Assembly: GCA_032718475.1 (NCBI GenBank)
Contig: JAUCBJ010001079.1
Location: forward strand, 1 to 51,141
DNA: 51,141 nt
From: Nemertoderma westbladi
Taxonomy: Eukaryota; Animalia; Xenacoelomorpha
Direction of reading: 5' to 3'
The notes beneath the pieces are model-generated. The model had not been told where the DNA came from. It worked only from the letters and a program-made list of their open reading frames with translations, and did no database searches. The translations under genes were made by a program, and so were the position numbers. Positions 36,659 through 49,904 of the stretch are shown here, piece by piece; position 1 is the stretch's first letter; each line of letters opens with the position of its first letter.

Positions 36659-39600
36659 TTCCTAACAATGTCCTTTACATTGAATCCCTTACCTTTAAGC
36701 TTCCTAACAATGTCCTTTACAATGAATCTCTTACCTTTAAGCTTCCTAACAATGTCCTTTACAATGAATCTCTTACCTTTAAGCTTCCTAACAATGTCCT
36801 TTACAATGAATCCCTTACCTTTAAGCTTCCTAACAATGTCCTTTACATTGAATCTCTTACCTTTAAGCTTCATAACAATGTCCTTTACATTGAATCTCTT
36901 ACCTTTAAGCTTCCTAACAATGTCCTTTACAATGAATCCCTTACCTTTAAGCTTCCTAACAATGTCCTTTACATTGAATCTCTTACCTTTAAGCTTCCTA
37001 ACAATGTCCTTTACATTTAATCTCTTACCTTTAAGCTTCCTAACAATGTCCTTTACAATGTATCTCTTACCTTTAAGCTTCCTAACAATGTCCTTTACAA
37101 CGAATCTCTTACCTTTAAGCTTCCTAACAATGTCCTTTACAATGAATCTCTTACCTTTAAGCTTCCTAACAATGTCCTTTACATTTAATCTCTTACCTTT
37201 AAGCTTCCTAACAATGTCCTTTACAATGTATCTCTTACCTTTAAGCTTCCTAACAATGTCCTTTACAACGAATCTCTTACCTTTAAGCTTCCTAACAATG
37301 TCCTTTACAATGAATCTCTTACCTTTAAGCTTCCTAACAATGTCCTTTACAATGAATCTCTTACCTTTAAGCTTCCTAACAATGTCCTTTACATTGAATC
37401 TCTTACCTTTAAGCTTCCTAACAATGTCCTTTACAACGAATCTCTTACCTTTAAGCTTCCTAACAATGTCCTTTACATTGAATCTCTTACCTTTAAGCTT
37501 CCTAACAATGTCCTTTACATTGAATCTCTTACCTTTAAGCTTCCTAACAATGTCCTTTACAATGAATCTCTTACCTTTAAGCTTCCTAACAATGTCCTTT
37601 ACAATGAATCTCTTACCTTTAAGCTTCCTAACAATGTCCTTTACAATGTATCCCTTACCTTTAAGCTTCCTAACAATGTCCTTTACAATGAATCTCTTAC
37701 CTTTAAGCTTCCTAACAATGTCCTTTACAATGAATCTCTTACCTTTAAGCTTCCTAACAATGTCCTTTACATTGAATCCCTTACCTTTAAGCTTCCTAAC
37801 AATGTCCTTTACAATGAATCTCTTACCTTTAAGCTTCCTAACAATGTCCTTTACAATGAATCTCTTACCTTTAAGCTTCCTAACAATGTCCTTTACAATG
37901 AATCTCTTACCTTTAAGCTTCCTAACAATGTCCTTTACAATGAATCTCTTACCTTTAAGCTTCCTAACAATGTCCTTTACATTGAATCCCTTACCTTTAA
38001 GCTTCCTAACAATGTCCTTTACAATGAATCTCTTACCTTTAAGCTTCCTAACAATGTCCTTTACAATGAATCTCTTACCTTTAAGCTTCCTAACAATGTC
38101 CTTTACAATGTATCCCTTACCTTTAAGCTTCCTAACAATGTCCTTTACAATGAATCTCTTACCTTTAAGCTTCCTAACAATGTCCTTTACAATGAATCTC
38201 TTACCTTTAAGCTTCCTAACAATGTCCTTTACATTGAATCTCTTACCTTTAAGCTTCCTAACAATGTCCTTTACAATGAATCTCTTACCTTTAAGCTTCC
38301 TAACAATGTCCTTTACAATGAATCTCTTACCTTTAAGCTTCCTAACAATGTCCTTTACAATGAATCTCTTACCTTTAAGCTTCCTAACAATGTCCTTTAC
38401 AATGAATCTCTTACCTTTAAGCTTCCTAACAATGTCCTTTACAATGAATCTCTTACCTTTAAGCTTCCTAACAATGTCCTTTACAATGAATCTCTTACCT
38501 TTAAGCTTCCTAACAATGTCCTTTACAATGTATCCCTTACCTTTAAGCTTCATAACAATGTCCTTTACATTGAATCCCCTACCTTTAAGCTTCCTAACAA
38601 TGTCCTTTACAATGAATCTCTTACCTTTAAGCTTCCTAACAATGTCCTTTACAATGAATCTCTTACCTTTAAGCTTCCTAACAATGTCCTTTACAATGTA
38701 TCCCTTACCTTTAAGCTTCATAACAATGTCCTTTACAATGAATCTCTTACCTTTAAGCTTCCTAACAATGTCCTTTACAATGAATCTCTTACCTTTAAGC
38801 TTCCTAACAATGTCCTTTACATTGAATCTCTTACCTTTAAGCTTCCTAACAATGTCCTTTACATTGAATCTCTTACCTTTAAGCTTCCTAACAATGTCCT
38901 TTACATTGAATCTCTTACCTTTAAGCTTCCTAACAATGTCCTTTACATTGAATCTCTTACCTTTAAGCTTCCTAACAATGTCCTTTACATTGAATCTCTT
39001 ACCTTTAAGCTTCCTAACAATGTCCTTTACAATGAATCTCTTACCTTTAAGCTTCCTAACAATGTCCTTTACAATGAATCTCTTACCTTTAAGCTTCCTA
39101 ACAATGTCCTTTACAATGTATCCCTTACCTTTAAGCTTCCTAACAATGTCCTTTACAATGAATCTCTTACCTTTAAGCTTCCTAACAATATCCTTTACAT
39201 TTAATCTCTTACCTTTAAGCTTCCTAACAATGTCCTTTACAATGTATCCCTTACCTTTAAGCTTCCTAACAATGTCCTTTACATTGAATCTCTTACCTTT
39301 AAGCTTCCTAACAATGTCCTTTACATTGAATCCCTTACCTTTAAGCTTCCTAACAATGTCCTTTACATTGAATCCCCTACCTTTAAGCTTCCTAACAATG
39401 TCCTTTACAATGAATCTCTTACCTTTAAGCTTCCTAACAATGTCCTTTACATTGAATCCCCTACCTTTAAGCTTCCTAACAATGTCCTTTACAATGAATC
39501 TCTTACCTTTAAGCTTCCTAACAATGTCCTTTATATTGAATCTCTTACCTTTAAGCTTCCTAACAATGTCCTTTACATTGAATCTCTTACCTTTAAGCTT

Positions 39601-40416
39601 CCTAACAATGTCCTTTACATTGAATCTCTTACCTTTAAGCTTCATAACAATGTCCTTTACAATGAATCTCTTACCTTTAAGCTTCCTAACAATGTCCTTT
39701 ACAATGAATCTCTTACCTTTAAGCTTCCTAACAATGTCCTTTACAATGAATCTCTTACCTTTAAGCTTCATAACAATGTCCTTTACAATGAATCTCTTAC
39801 CTTTAAGCTTCCTAACAATGTCCTTTACATTGAATCTCTTACCTTTAAGCTTCCTAACAATGTCCTTTACATTGAATCTCTTACCTTTAAGCTTCCTAAC
39901 AATGTCCTTTACAACGAATCTCTTACCTTTAAGCTTCCTAACAATGTCCTTTACAATGAATCCCTTACCTTTAAGCTTCCTAACAATGTCCTTTACATTT
40001 AATCTCTTACCTTTAAGCTTCCTAACAATGTCCTTTACAATGAATCTCTTACCTTTAAGCTTCCTAACAATGTCCTTTACAATGTATCCCTTACCTTTAA
40101 GCTTCCTAACAATGTCCTTTACAATGAATCTCTTACCTTTAAGCTTCCTAACAATGTCCTTTACATTTAATCTCTTACCTTTAAGCTTCCTAACAATGTC
40201 CTTTACAATGAATCTCTTACCTTTAAGCTTCCTAACAATGTCCTTTACAATGAATCTCTTACCTTTAAGCTTCCTAACAATGTCCTTTACAATGAATCTC
40301 TTACCTTTAAGCTTCCTAACAATGTCCTTTACAATGAATCTCTTACCTTTAAGCTTCCTAACAATGTCCTTTACATTTAATCTCTTACCTTTAAGCTTCC
40401 TAACAATGTCCTTTAC
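36659..40416 (-). repeat. Tandem array of about 89 x 42-bp units spanning the CARS 5' splice site
   Basis: Minus-strand unit GTAAAGGACATTGTTAGGAAGCTTAAAG/GTAAGAGATTCATT (28 exonic plus 14 intronic nt). Confidence 0.97.
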
Positions 40417-41727
40417 TGTAAGCGCGAACTCATTGAAGACTTTCTCTACGTGCAGCGCGGCCGCCATTGTCTGTTCGCTGTAATCCAGAGTGTCTTTCCA
40501 CGCGTGTAGAAGGAACATCAACCTCAGCTGGCGACTGGTGTACCTCCCCAATGCGTCGTTGATGGTAACAAAGTTCTTTAGCGATTTACTCATCTTACAA
40601 CCGTCGATGTGGAGGTGACCGCTGTGCACGAAGCTGCCAACCCAATCGTCGGTGCCTCCATGGGCCTCCGCTTGGGCAATCTCGTTGTCGTGGTGAGGGA
40701 ACTTGAGATCGACCCCCCCGGTGTGCACGTCTATCTGGGCGCCCAGGGCGGCGCCCGCCATCGCGCTGCACTCTATATGCCAACCCGGTCGCCCTTCCCC
40801 CCAGGGCGACGCCCATCTAGGTTCGCCAGGTTTACTCAGCTTCCACAATGCGAAGTCCGCCGGCGACCTTTTGTCCCCGGTCCCGGACAGACTGAGTTCC
40901 CCCTCCCCCTCGTGTATCGCCTTTATGTCTCCTACAGCCTCCGGTACCAGCTTCCCGTAGGTGTGCCCCTCCGCGTCGGAGAACTTCCCGACATCGAAAT
41001 ACACTGAACCGTTAGATTCGTAAGCGAAACCATTGCTAATTATAACCATGACGTAATCAATTATCTCCGGGATGAACTCACTAACTCGAGTCAAACAATC
41101 CGGAGGGCGGATGTTCAATGACGTCATATCCCGGAAGAATTCATCCTCGTAGAACCGGGGAAGTTTCTCGAATATCTCATTCCCCTGGACTGTGTGACCG
41201 CGTTCCTCATCCAACATCCCGGACAGAACGTCCCGGCAGGTTGGAAGGACTTCCGCGATCAGTTGTTCCCTAGAGCCATCGAAGGCGTTGACGCAAATAG
41301 AAACCGCACCGCACATTCTCGAATACATCGCTTTCTTATCAACATCCTCCTCGACTTCCTCTTTCAATTTAACCCTATCGAATCCTCTATTGATATCTTT
41401 TATAACGTCTTCTGTTTTATCGATGTTTTCGACGTAAATTTCGTACAAATAATTCTGTCTCGCCCTTCGGATTATTTTGTCGTCAATATCGGTGATGTTC
41501 ATGCAGTAGAAGACGTTGTATTTGAAGTAGTCGGTGAGTACTCGACGTAGTATATCGAAGGATATGTAGGATCGGGCGTGGCCCATGTGGGAGGAATCGT
41601 ACACGGTAGGGCCGCAACTATACCAGAGTACCGTGTTACCGTGACGGGGAACAAATGCCTCTTTACTACGAGTCAAACTGTTGTAGATAAATAAACGCGG
41701 TAATTCAGACATTGTAACGTCTTTCAT
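40389..41727 (-). CDS. CARS1: Cysteinyl-tRNA synthetase (cytoplasmic), exon 1; spliced protein about 709 aa
   Basis: [17 protein letters not shown] (HIGH-type), [31 protein letters not shown]; donor AAAG/gtaaga at 40389; 1339 nt, phase 1. Confidence 0.96.
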
Positions 41728-41880
41728 CTTTACAGGAAATATTGCTAGGCTAGCTACAATGTTACCGTACTGGTACTTGTACTGTGCACGTGTTCCTAGG
41801 ACTGCAGGAATGTAGGTGCTGCAGAAATACCTGAATATCGGTAACGGTATGTTAATACATACATACAGTAGGTCTAGCTT

Positions 41881-42386
41881 GTGGGGCGAGCCACGAAGTT
41901 GGCGGAGCCTTAGCGAATTGACACTGTTAGGGGGTGGGTCAATTTATGCAAATAGTTGTCGTCGTCGTCGTCGTCGTCGTTGTCGTCGTCGTCGTTGTCG
42001 TCGTCGTTACGATTTTGACATGCTAATAACTTTGTCGGATTTAAAGCTGCCAAGTTGAAAATTTGTAGGTATCAATATGAGCAAAAGTTGAGATTTTTGA
42101 GAGACTTTCAGACACCATCAGTGCAATGGTCTCCCGCTAGAGGGCCACATGTCTAAACATTAAATGCCCTCCCATTTCTTTGCTTTTAATCCGTTTAAGC
42201 TGAAACTTGGCAGATATGTATTAGTATTAGACCATTAGCTGTGACTTTCAAAGGAGGCGAATCCATCTGCAGTTCTCCAGTCTGCCGCTAGAGGGCCAAC
42301 GTGACTATTTGCATAAATTGACCTACCCCCTAACAGTGTCAATTCGCTAAGGCTCTGCCAACTTCGTGCTGCGCGAAGTCCCCACT
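41881..42386. mobile_element. MITE/HINE-like element with about 65-75 bp inverted repeats and a (GTC)n microsatellite
   Basis: CACGAAGTTGGCGGAGCCTTAGCGAATTGACACTGTTAGGGGGTGGGTCAATTTATGCAAATAGT near 41892 is inverted at about 42304-42368. The end motif GTGCTGCGCGAAGTCCCCAC also occurs near 24620 and, inverted, near 42580 and 43110. Confidence 0.75.
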
Positions 42387-44136
42387 TCGTGTAATGTATG
42401 TACTGCTGTGCTGTACTGCCTGTACTCGTACTGTGCAGTACTGCTGCAGTGAGAAGTGAGAGTGAGAAGCATAGGCCTACCGTCCACACCAAACCATAGC
42501 GTACTCTCTAAGGTACTCACAGAAAGTAGAAACACGCCACAGGGACACCAACACTCACGACAACAATACACGTTCATAGGGCCTTCGCGCAGCACGAGGC
42601 GCTGTTATGAGATACATATTAATATTGAGCGATTCAACTGTATCTCAATCTCGGTATTTAAGAAATTTAACCAAACACCAATATATCAAAAAGAGAGAAA
42701 TAAAGCTTCCCCCCCCCCCCCCGCCACCCTCTTCAACCTGCCTCTTAAATCTGCACCACCCCAACCAAAAGGCGCACACAGGATTGATGAAAGGCAGGTA
42801 ATTAACAGGAAATTTATGTTTTAAAAGTAATATGTTATATTTATTTTTAATATAAAACGAAATACAAAACTGGAAGCGATTCACAAATATAAAAACTGGA
42901 AGCGGAACTGGAAGCGATTCACAAATATAAAAACAGCACAAATTTATAGAGCAAAAACAATTAAAGATTTCATATTATTTAATTTATTTAACCAAAAAGA
43001 AATCAATAAACTCATGTTATTGGTAACATTATAAATTCATAAAGTAATACTGTATGAGACTAGACCTATCGTTAATTTACACATTGAACGCAACGTTATA
43101 ATACACGTTCGTGGGGCCTTCGCGCAGCACGAGAGCCTAAATTAGAAAGTACATTATCTAATCTCTATTAGATATACGAAAACTGTCTTTCCTAAAATAT
43201 ATATGCGTGAAGGAGATGCTATCAGTTTGTGATAAACTAGTTGTAAAAACAGAGATCTATTTCAGTTTGCCCTTACACACTTTAACTGTCATTTGTAAAC
43301 CTTCTAACGAGGGCTATTTAAGTTAAGTATGACATTTTTAGTTTTACAATACCCTTCTCCTTTATTAGCCTCGTTGCGCTCGTCCTGTTTTGTCTTAAAA
43401 TAATTTCCCTAAACGGAGACTAACGACCTTTATAACTGTGCAAAGTCTCGAAACTGAAAGAGTAACTGCTGATTTATGGCAGATGGATACTAGTATCCAC
43501 TGTAAACTCGTTGCGTTCGTTCGTTTTTGACCAAACTTGACTTGAGATTCTTTCTCAACTTTTGCCGGACTACATACGTACCAAGTTTCGTCAAGTTCAA
43601 GACGACGACAGACAACTCGTTAATGGTACCCATATGCTAAGGATTCGCTCACTTCGTGGCTCGCCCCACAATTTAACACATAATAAAGAAAATAAAGATA
43701 CTGCAGTAAAACAGATAATCTGAATGATGTACAGTACAACAATACATATTAATAAATACAGTATATGTAATTCACATAAAATTTAAATAAAAGCACAATA
43801 ATTAATAGAGACATATTCAAGTGGATTGGACAGTAGCTGCTTGTAATTTTAACGCTTTATAAATATGAATTGCCTGAAATTGACGTTAACAATTGGCCGT
43901 ATAACAATATTGAGGGATATCTGTGTCAATGAGAGTCTATAAAATCCAGTTGTAATGTAATTTGGTTGTAAGCTGATGGGCATACAAACTTGCTGGAATT
44001 CTCTTTCGACCAGACCCAAGTTGCATATTCTGTATAATACGTTCATGGCGTAATTTACGAGACCAGTGACCAGTTTCAATTTCCATGCAGTGCGAAGTAC
44101 TCTATACATCGTAGAGGTCTTGGGACGTTAGTGGCC

Positions 44137-45163
44137 GTGAGATATTAGTGCCTGCGGGCACTAATGTCTCAGTACCTTTAGTGCCCGCGGTCACTTAGTC
44201 GCATTATCGCGGGCACTAATGACGCATATGACATTTAGTGCCTGCGAGACGTTTAGTGCCCGCGAGACGTTAGTGCCCGCGAGACGTTAGTGCCCGCGAG
44301 ACTCTAGTGCCCGCGAGACATTAGTGCCCACGAGACATTAGTGCCCGCATAGCGACTTAGTTAGTAATTTCCAGTCTTTAGTTCCCGCATCTTGTTATTT
44401 AAAATTTTAATTTCAACTTGGATCTTTTATGATTAAAAAATTTATTAACCTAGACATGGTAGCATTTATATAGGATTGGGGATTAAGCAACAGAGTTTGA
44501 TTGTTTATAAATAACCTACCTTTGATTGAATATACTCCTTTGATTGAATATACTCCTTTGATTGAATATACTCCTTTGATTGAATATACTCCTTTGGTTG
44601 ACCTTAAATTAGTGTATGTTAATGGGGGAGGCCGTTGTCGATGACTTTGGTTGAATGGGGTAAAGGAAGAAGAAAAACCTAACTACTGTAATTGCTTTAT
44701 ACAAACTTCCTAATTCAGTGCGGGGTGCGGGCACTAATGACTCGCGGGCACTAACGTCTCACTTGCAGACAAGGTCCTCGGGTACTAATGACTCACGGGC
44801 ACTTACGTCTCACTTGCAGGCAAGGTCATCGGTCCTCGGGCACTAATGACTCGCGGGCACTAACGTCTCACTTGCAGAAAAGGTCCTCGGGCACTAATGA
44901 CTCGCGGGCACTAACGTCTCACTTGCAGACAAGGTCATCGGTCCTCGGGCACTAATAACTCCCGGGCACTAACTTCTTACTTGCAGACAAGGTCCTCGGG
45001 CACTAATGACTCGCGGGCACTAACGTCTCACTTGCAGGCAAGGTCATCGGTCCTCGGGCACTAATGACTCCCGGGCACTAACTTCTTACTTGCAGACAAG
45101 GTCATCGGGCACTAATGACTCGCGGGCACTAAAGTCCTGAGATATTAGTGCCCGCGGGCACTC
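44137..45163. mobile_element. Foldback-like element with modular inverted arms
   Basis: Left arm has TTAGTGCCCGCGAGAC repeats (44145-44350), right arm has GCGGGCACTAA repeats (44725-45135); near-palindromic TTAGTGCCYGCGGGCACT at both ends; AT-rich core with a 19-bp tandem repeat at about 44519-44597. Confidence 0.72.
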
Positions 45164-46685
45164 CATCATCGTAGGTGGGTTAGAGTAATTTGCAGGTGTG
45201 GTTCATTTAAAAGTTCGTTTAGGTATTCATCCGTACCGAATTCTGTTTTGATATAAAATTCTCCCTTATGGCATGAGGCAATGGACAGCCACCAAGTAAA
45301 AAATTCCTTATCTTGAAGCCCAATTACTTAATGGTACTGTATAATGCAGATGCAGTAAAGAGTTGTTACTGATAAGAGCCAACAAAAGATATCTATCAAA
45401 TTTTATTTTGAACGGATTAAAAACTAAGAAAGGGAGGGAACTTAGTGTCGATACATTTAGCAAATAGAAGAAACAAACGTAAAAATAGGAATTTTATTAA
45501 TAGGAGGGCAAACATTATCTCGGCTTTACTTTATACAGTATAACAAAAACCCAGACGAATTTAGTTTGTAAAGAAAGTATCAGAAAAACTTACAAAGTAT
45601 AATTTTATATATCAGATGATACAGTAACCTCTTTATACTTTAAAGTTTTAAATTAATAGGGGGGGGGGGGGGGGTCCCCCCCCCCCCCCCCCCCCCTACG
45701 GTTTATTGTACATGTCTCCAATGTGGTTGAAAAATGCATAGAAAACGATATACCATCGGAAAGAGGATCATCAAAAGTACATAAAAATTTGAAAAAAAAT
45801 AAGTTTTTGACGCCCTCTAGCGGCCTGCGTTTGATTTAAAACATTTCACTACAAAGACTACTCGACCAATATTTTCCGATATTTTTATTTATTTATTCAT
45901 TTTCCGATACCACATTTTTTGGACCCAGAATCTTCATTTCATCATATTTTCACGCACTTTTAGTATTTTCGTTTCATATTTCTGATAATTGGCAATATTG
46001 TAAATAAAAATTCAAAATTTTTTAAAAACTGAAAAAACCCATGTTTTTTTATAATTTTTCATTAAAAAAATGGGGAAATAATATTAAATTAAGAAAAGTG
46101 GGTGAAATTTATTGAAGCTTATGAAATTACCTTTCATATAAAGCAAAAATTGAAAAAAACGGTTAAGAATTGGCGGAGGAGTATTTTTCGTGCGAATAAA
46201 TGTCATTCTGAGATAATTGACTTCATAACTATTTACATCATTGTGTGCAAAGTAGCACTTTACAGCGTTATGACCCGAGTTTATTTATGTATTAGTTTAT
46301 TTTACATAAATAAACAAGGGTCTTTAACGATGAAAAGTGACCTTTGCAAGCAAGTAATTCACCAGAACGCTGTTAAGTTGACATAATGTAACAAAATCTA
46401 TGTCAAATTTCATCCAATGTCATAAAATTATCATAATACTAGACTATTGAAGTGAATCATAAAAACATGTTCTAGAAAACTTTTATTGTAAAATAACTTC
46501 AAAAATAAATTATTTTAAAAACGTGCGCCTACTCAATTTAGTAGGAAGAATGCAGCTTTCATGGTGATAATCTTTAGTAGGTCATACTAATGGAATACGG
46601 TAGTTAATGTTAAAACTCTAAAACTGGTGATAAATATGAAACTAGCAATGTTGTCGAACTAGACGCGTATCTACGTGGATGTGGG

Positions 46686-46968
46686 AAAAAAGTAAAAAAA
46701 AAGTAAATTTTCTTCGACCGCTAGGCCAGGGATTACGCACAAAGTCTGACGACTTATTTCCAGTGCGGTCCCCACAGAACTTTACTCCCCAGAGGAAACT
46801 CTAGTACTCATTTATCTACCACATAAGGATGCAAGGCAGAGAGAGATGCGCCCTGGCTGGTCCCTTTAAAGCATTCGTGCCGAAACGAAAACTGCCCTGG
46901 CCCATGTGAGGATCGAACCCACGACCTACAGGAGATGTGAATTCAATGCGACCACTACACCAAGGTGG
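46686..46968 (-). mobile_element. tRNA-derived SINE, near full length
   Basis: Minus strand box A TGGTGTAGTGG and box B GGTTCGATCC; body shared with 31048-31235; simple-repeat tail. Confidence 0.82.
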
Positions 46969-47099
46969 AACCTTGGTTGAAAGTTTTACCCAATGAGAAC
47001 CGTGAACCGTGGATATTCCATACAGTAGATTATGATGATTATATTGGAATATACTGTATTAAATAAGTAATAATAATAATCACATAATATTAAAAGTCA

Positions 47100-49030
47100 A
47101 GGGAGGCATTTTTATCCTGGCGATTGTCGGGATCTCACCGACAAGGCTATTTACACGAGCAGTACCTGCGAACCAAAGCAAATTTTAAGCGGGTTTTACG
47201 GGATTGCAAACGCAATGAAAATAAAAATAGAGATGACAGGCTTGCAGAATCCTTTATTACAGCGAGTTCTGGAAAATTTGGAATTGGTAAGTTTTGGTCA
47301 CAGGTACACAATCGTTGCTCAGTGCGCTCCACAGCCCCTAATAAGGTTGGTGACGCCTGTGGACCAGAAGAGATAAGCGAAATGTGGGGTGCGCATTTTG
47401 AAAAAATCTATAACTGTGTTAATGATGATTCTGATGCCATCTTTGTAGATCCAAAGTTAAATGATATTATTTTCAGTGATATTAAAGTTAATTTAAATGA
47501 TATATTTGACGCTCTACATAGCTTAAATCTAGGTAAAGCATGTGGTTCAGATGGGGTATCGGGTGAGCATTTTATTTTCGGATGTGGTCCTGGCCTATTA
47601 AAGAAATTACGTGTACTAATTAATGCTATATTTGTACATGGGTATCTACCAGTAAGGATGATGGATTGCATTATTATACCGTTAGTTAAGGATAGAACCG
47701 GTGATATTACGTCAAAGGATAATTATCGGGGTATTTGTCTCTCTACTGTGCTTAGTAGAATTCTAGAATCCGTAATGCTTAATATTTGTAGGGGTAAATT
47801 AAGGACGGTTGATAACCAGTTTGGTTTCAAGTGTAACTTAGGTACGGAGACGTGTATATATGCTTATAAGGAATTAATAAATCATTATCTAACTCATGAC
47901 TCTCCGGTGTATGTCTGTATGCTCGATGCCTCTAAGGCGTTCGACAGGGTAAACCACTATAAGTTATTTAGGAAATTATTAGATAGAGGTGTTCCACGGT
48001 ATTTGGTTAGGGTATTGTTATTTTGGTATAGAAATCAATCTATGTGTGTTAAATGGGACGGCATTTTATCTTCAAAGTTCAAAGTTACAAACTCGACAAA
48101 ACAAGGCGGTATATTTTCTCCCGTGCTATTTATAATATATATTGACGATTTAAGTACTGAACTGACTAATACGGGAGTAGGGTGTTTTATTGACAATATT
48201 AGAGTAAATAATTTGTTATATGCAGACGATATGTGCTTGATTTCCAATTCAATTGTAGGGCTACAAATACTGATCGATTCGGCGGTATCTTATGCCAATA
48301 GGAATTCAATTGTTTTTAATGTGAAGAAAAGTAAATGTATATATTACTTTCCGAGATCTAATAGGATAACTTCAATTACAAATGTTTTCTTGTATGATAA
48401 ACCAGTTGAAATTGTTGAGCAATTTTCATATTTAGGCCATATTCTACATTCTAGTACAGATGATGACATTGATATCAAGGCCCAAATGTGTTCCTTATAT
48501 GCAAGAGCCAATATGTTAATGAGAAAGTTTGGAAATTGTTCCCGTGCAGTAAAAATATGCCTATTTAGAACTTTTTGTACGCCGATTTACTGTAATAGTT
48601 TATGGGCTAGAATGAACTACTCTGATTGTGTTTATAGAAAACTGAAAGTAGCGTACAATAATGCACTTCGTTTGTTTTTTCGGATATCTAGAGTTACTGA
48701 TGACATACCAACGAGTATGTCATTAACATGTGGAGAATTAAATATACCTATGTTGATTCATATAACGTACAACAGCCTTTGTAGCCTTACCAAACGTCTA
48801 AACTGTACGGAGAATAGTATTTTGCGTACAATCCATAAAGAATGTCATCAGGATTCTAGAATTTTTTGTGCATGATTAAATATTGTACTTAAGCGAAGAT
48901 ATATTCTTTTGTTCTGCTGTGCTATTACATAAATACTGTATTTTGTTTATTTTACGTACCGGTACCCGTTTTGTCTTTTTTCTTTGCCATAACTAAATAT
49001 TTTATGGGCCTAGGCCTGGAATAAAGAATA
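47100..49030 (+). mobile_element. 5'-truncated non-LTR retrotransposon (LINE): open RT frame 47124-48875 plus 3' UTR
   Basis: NYRGICL, QFGFK, LDASKAFDRV, QGGIFSPVLFIIYIDDL, LYADD and YLG motifs; no endonuclease domain; AATAAA near 49020. Confidence 0.92.
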
Positions 49031-49904
49031 TAAAATATTTAATAATTATTAGTAATAATATAATATCAAAAGATGTGTCCAAAGAAAATTATACTGTAAT
49101 AGTGGATGACGTCATTATATCTATTTATTGACTGTATAATCGGCCTGCTGCACTGCAGCTGCATATCTCAATTATATTAATTAACCAACTCCCATACGTT
49201 TGTAACGAGTAGGAGTAAGGACCAAACACATCCCCGGCCCAACAATATACACCATGTTGGCATAAAGTTTTAGCTTTGGTTGTAATTGAATGGGTTATTT
49301 TATTTCTTGAATCTTTCTTATTCCGTACTGAATATCGGAATAATTCCCCAATAATATGGATAATAATATTTTATTATTATTCAGCGAGTCAAGTTTATTA
49401 TAATATAATATACCCAAGATACAGAGAGTAGTTGTAGTGCTAGTGGTAGTGGCCCATAATAATGTGACAACAACATTTTAACCGTCACGTGATGTGCTGA
49501 TATAAATCTTGTGAGAAAGGAAATTATGTCTAATTTAGTTTGCTTTCTTTCTTTCTGGGAATGCCCTCAAGCTATTGGCATTCCTAATTCCATGGTAATA
49601 ACTATAAACCAATGGGGGAAAGGATGTGAACAACGCCCACCACAGAATGCGAATGCTTGCATGAAGTTGGCGTCATTCTGTCATTCTTAAGAAAGAGTTT
49701 ATTGTGCGAATGGCGTTGTATTGTACTGGGGCTGTTAGCTGGGCATCAGGTTAGGAAAGTTTATGGGGGATGTTTATGGCGTCTCTTTAGGGTCAATATT
49801 CAGTGTTTTAATATTTTTTATTCAGTATAAATTTACATTCAGTAATAATTCATATCTTTCAGTGTTCTACAATATCTTTTAGTAATTAATAAATTATCGT
49901 TCAG

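Noticed and set aside
36608-40483. 1291-aa plus-strand ORF of [14 protein letters not shown] repeats
   Set aside because: Antisense by-product of the stop-free 42-bp array inside the CARS intron.
36616-41727. 1703-aa CysRS-repeat fusion ORF as the real protein
   Set aside because: It is unspliced read-through lacking the C-terminal domain; a GT-AG intron (40388-36601) restores a normal ~709-aa CysRS.
46895-46968. tRNA gene
   Set aside because: A and B boxes are present but no convincing cloverleaf; it is contiguous with a repeated SINE body.
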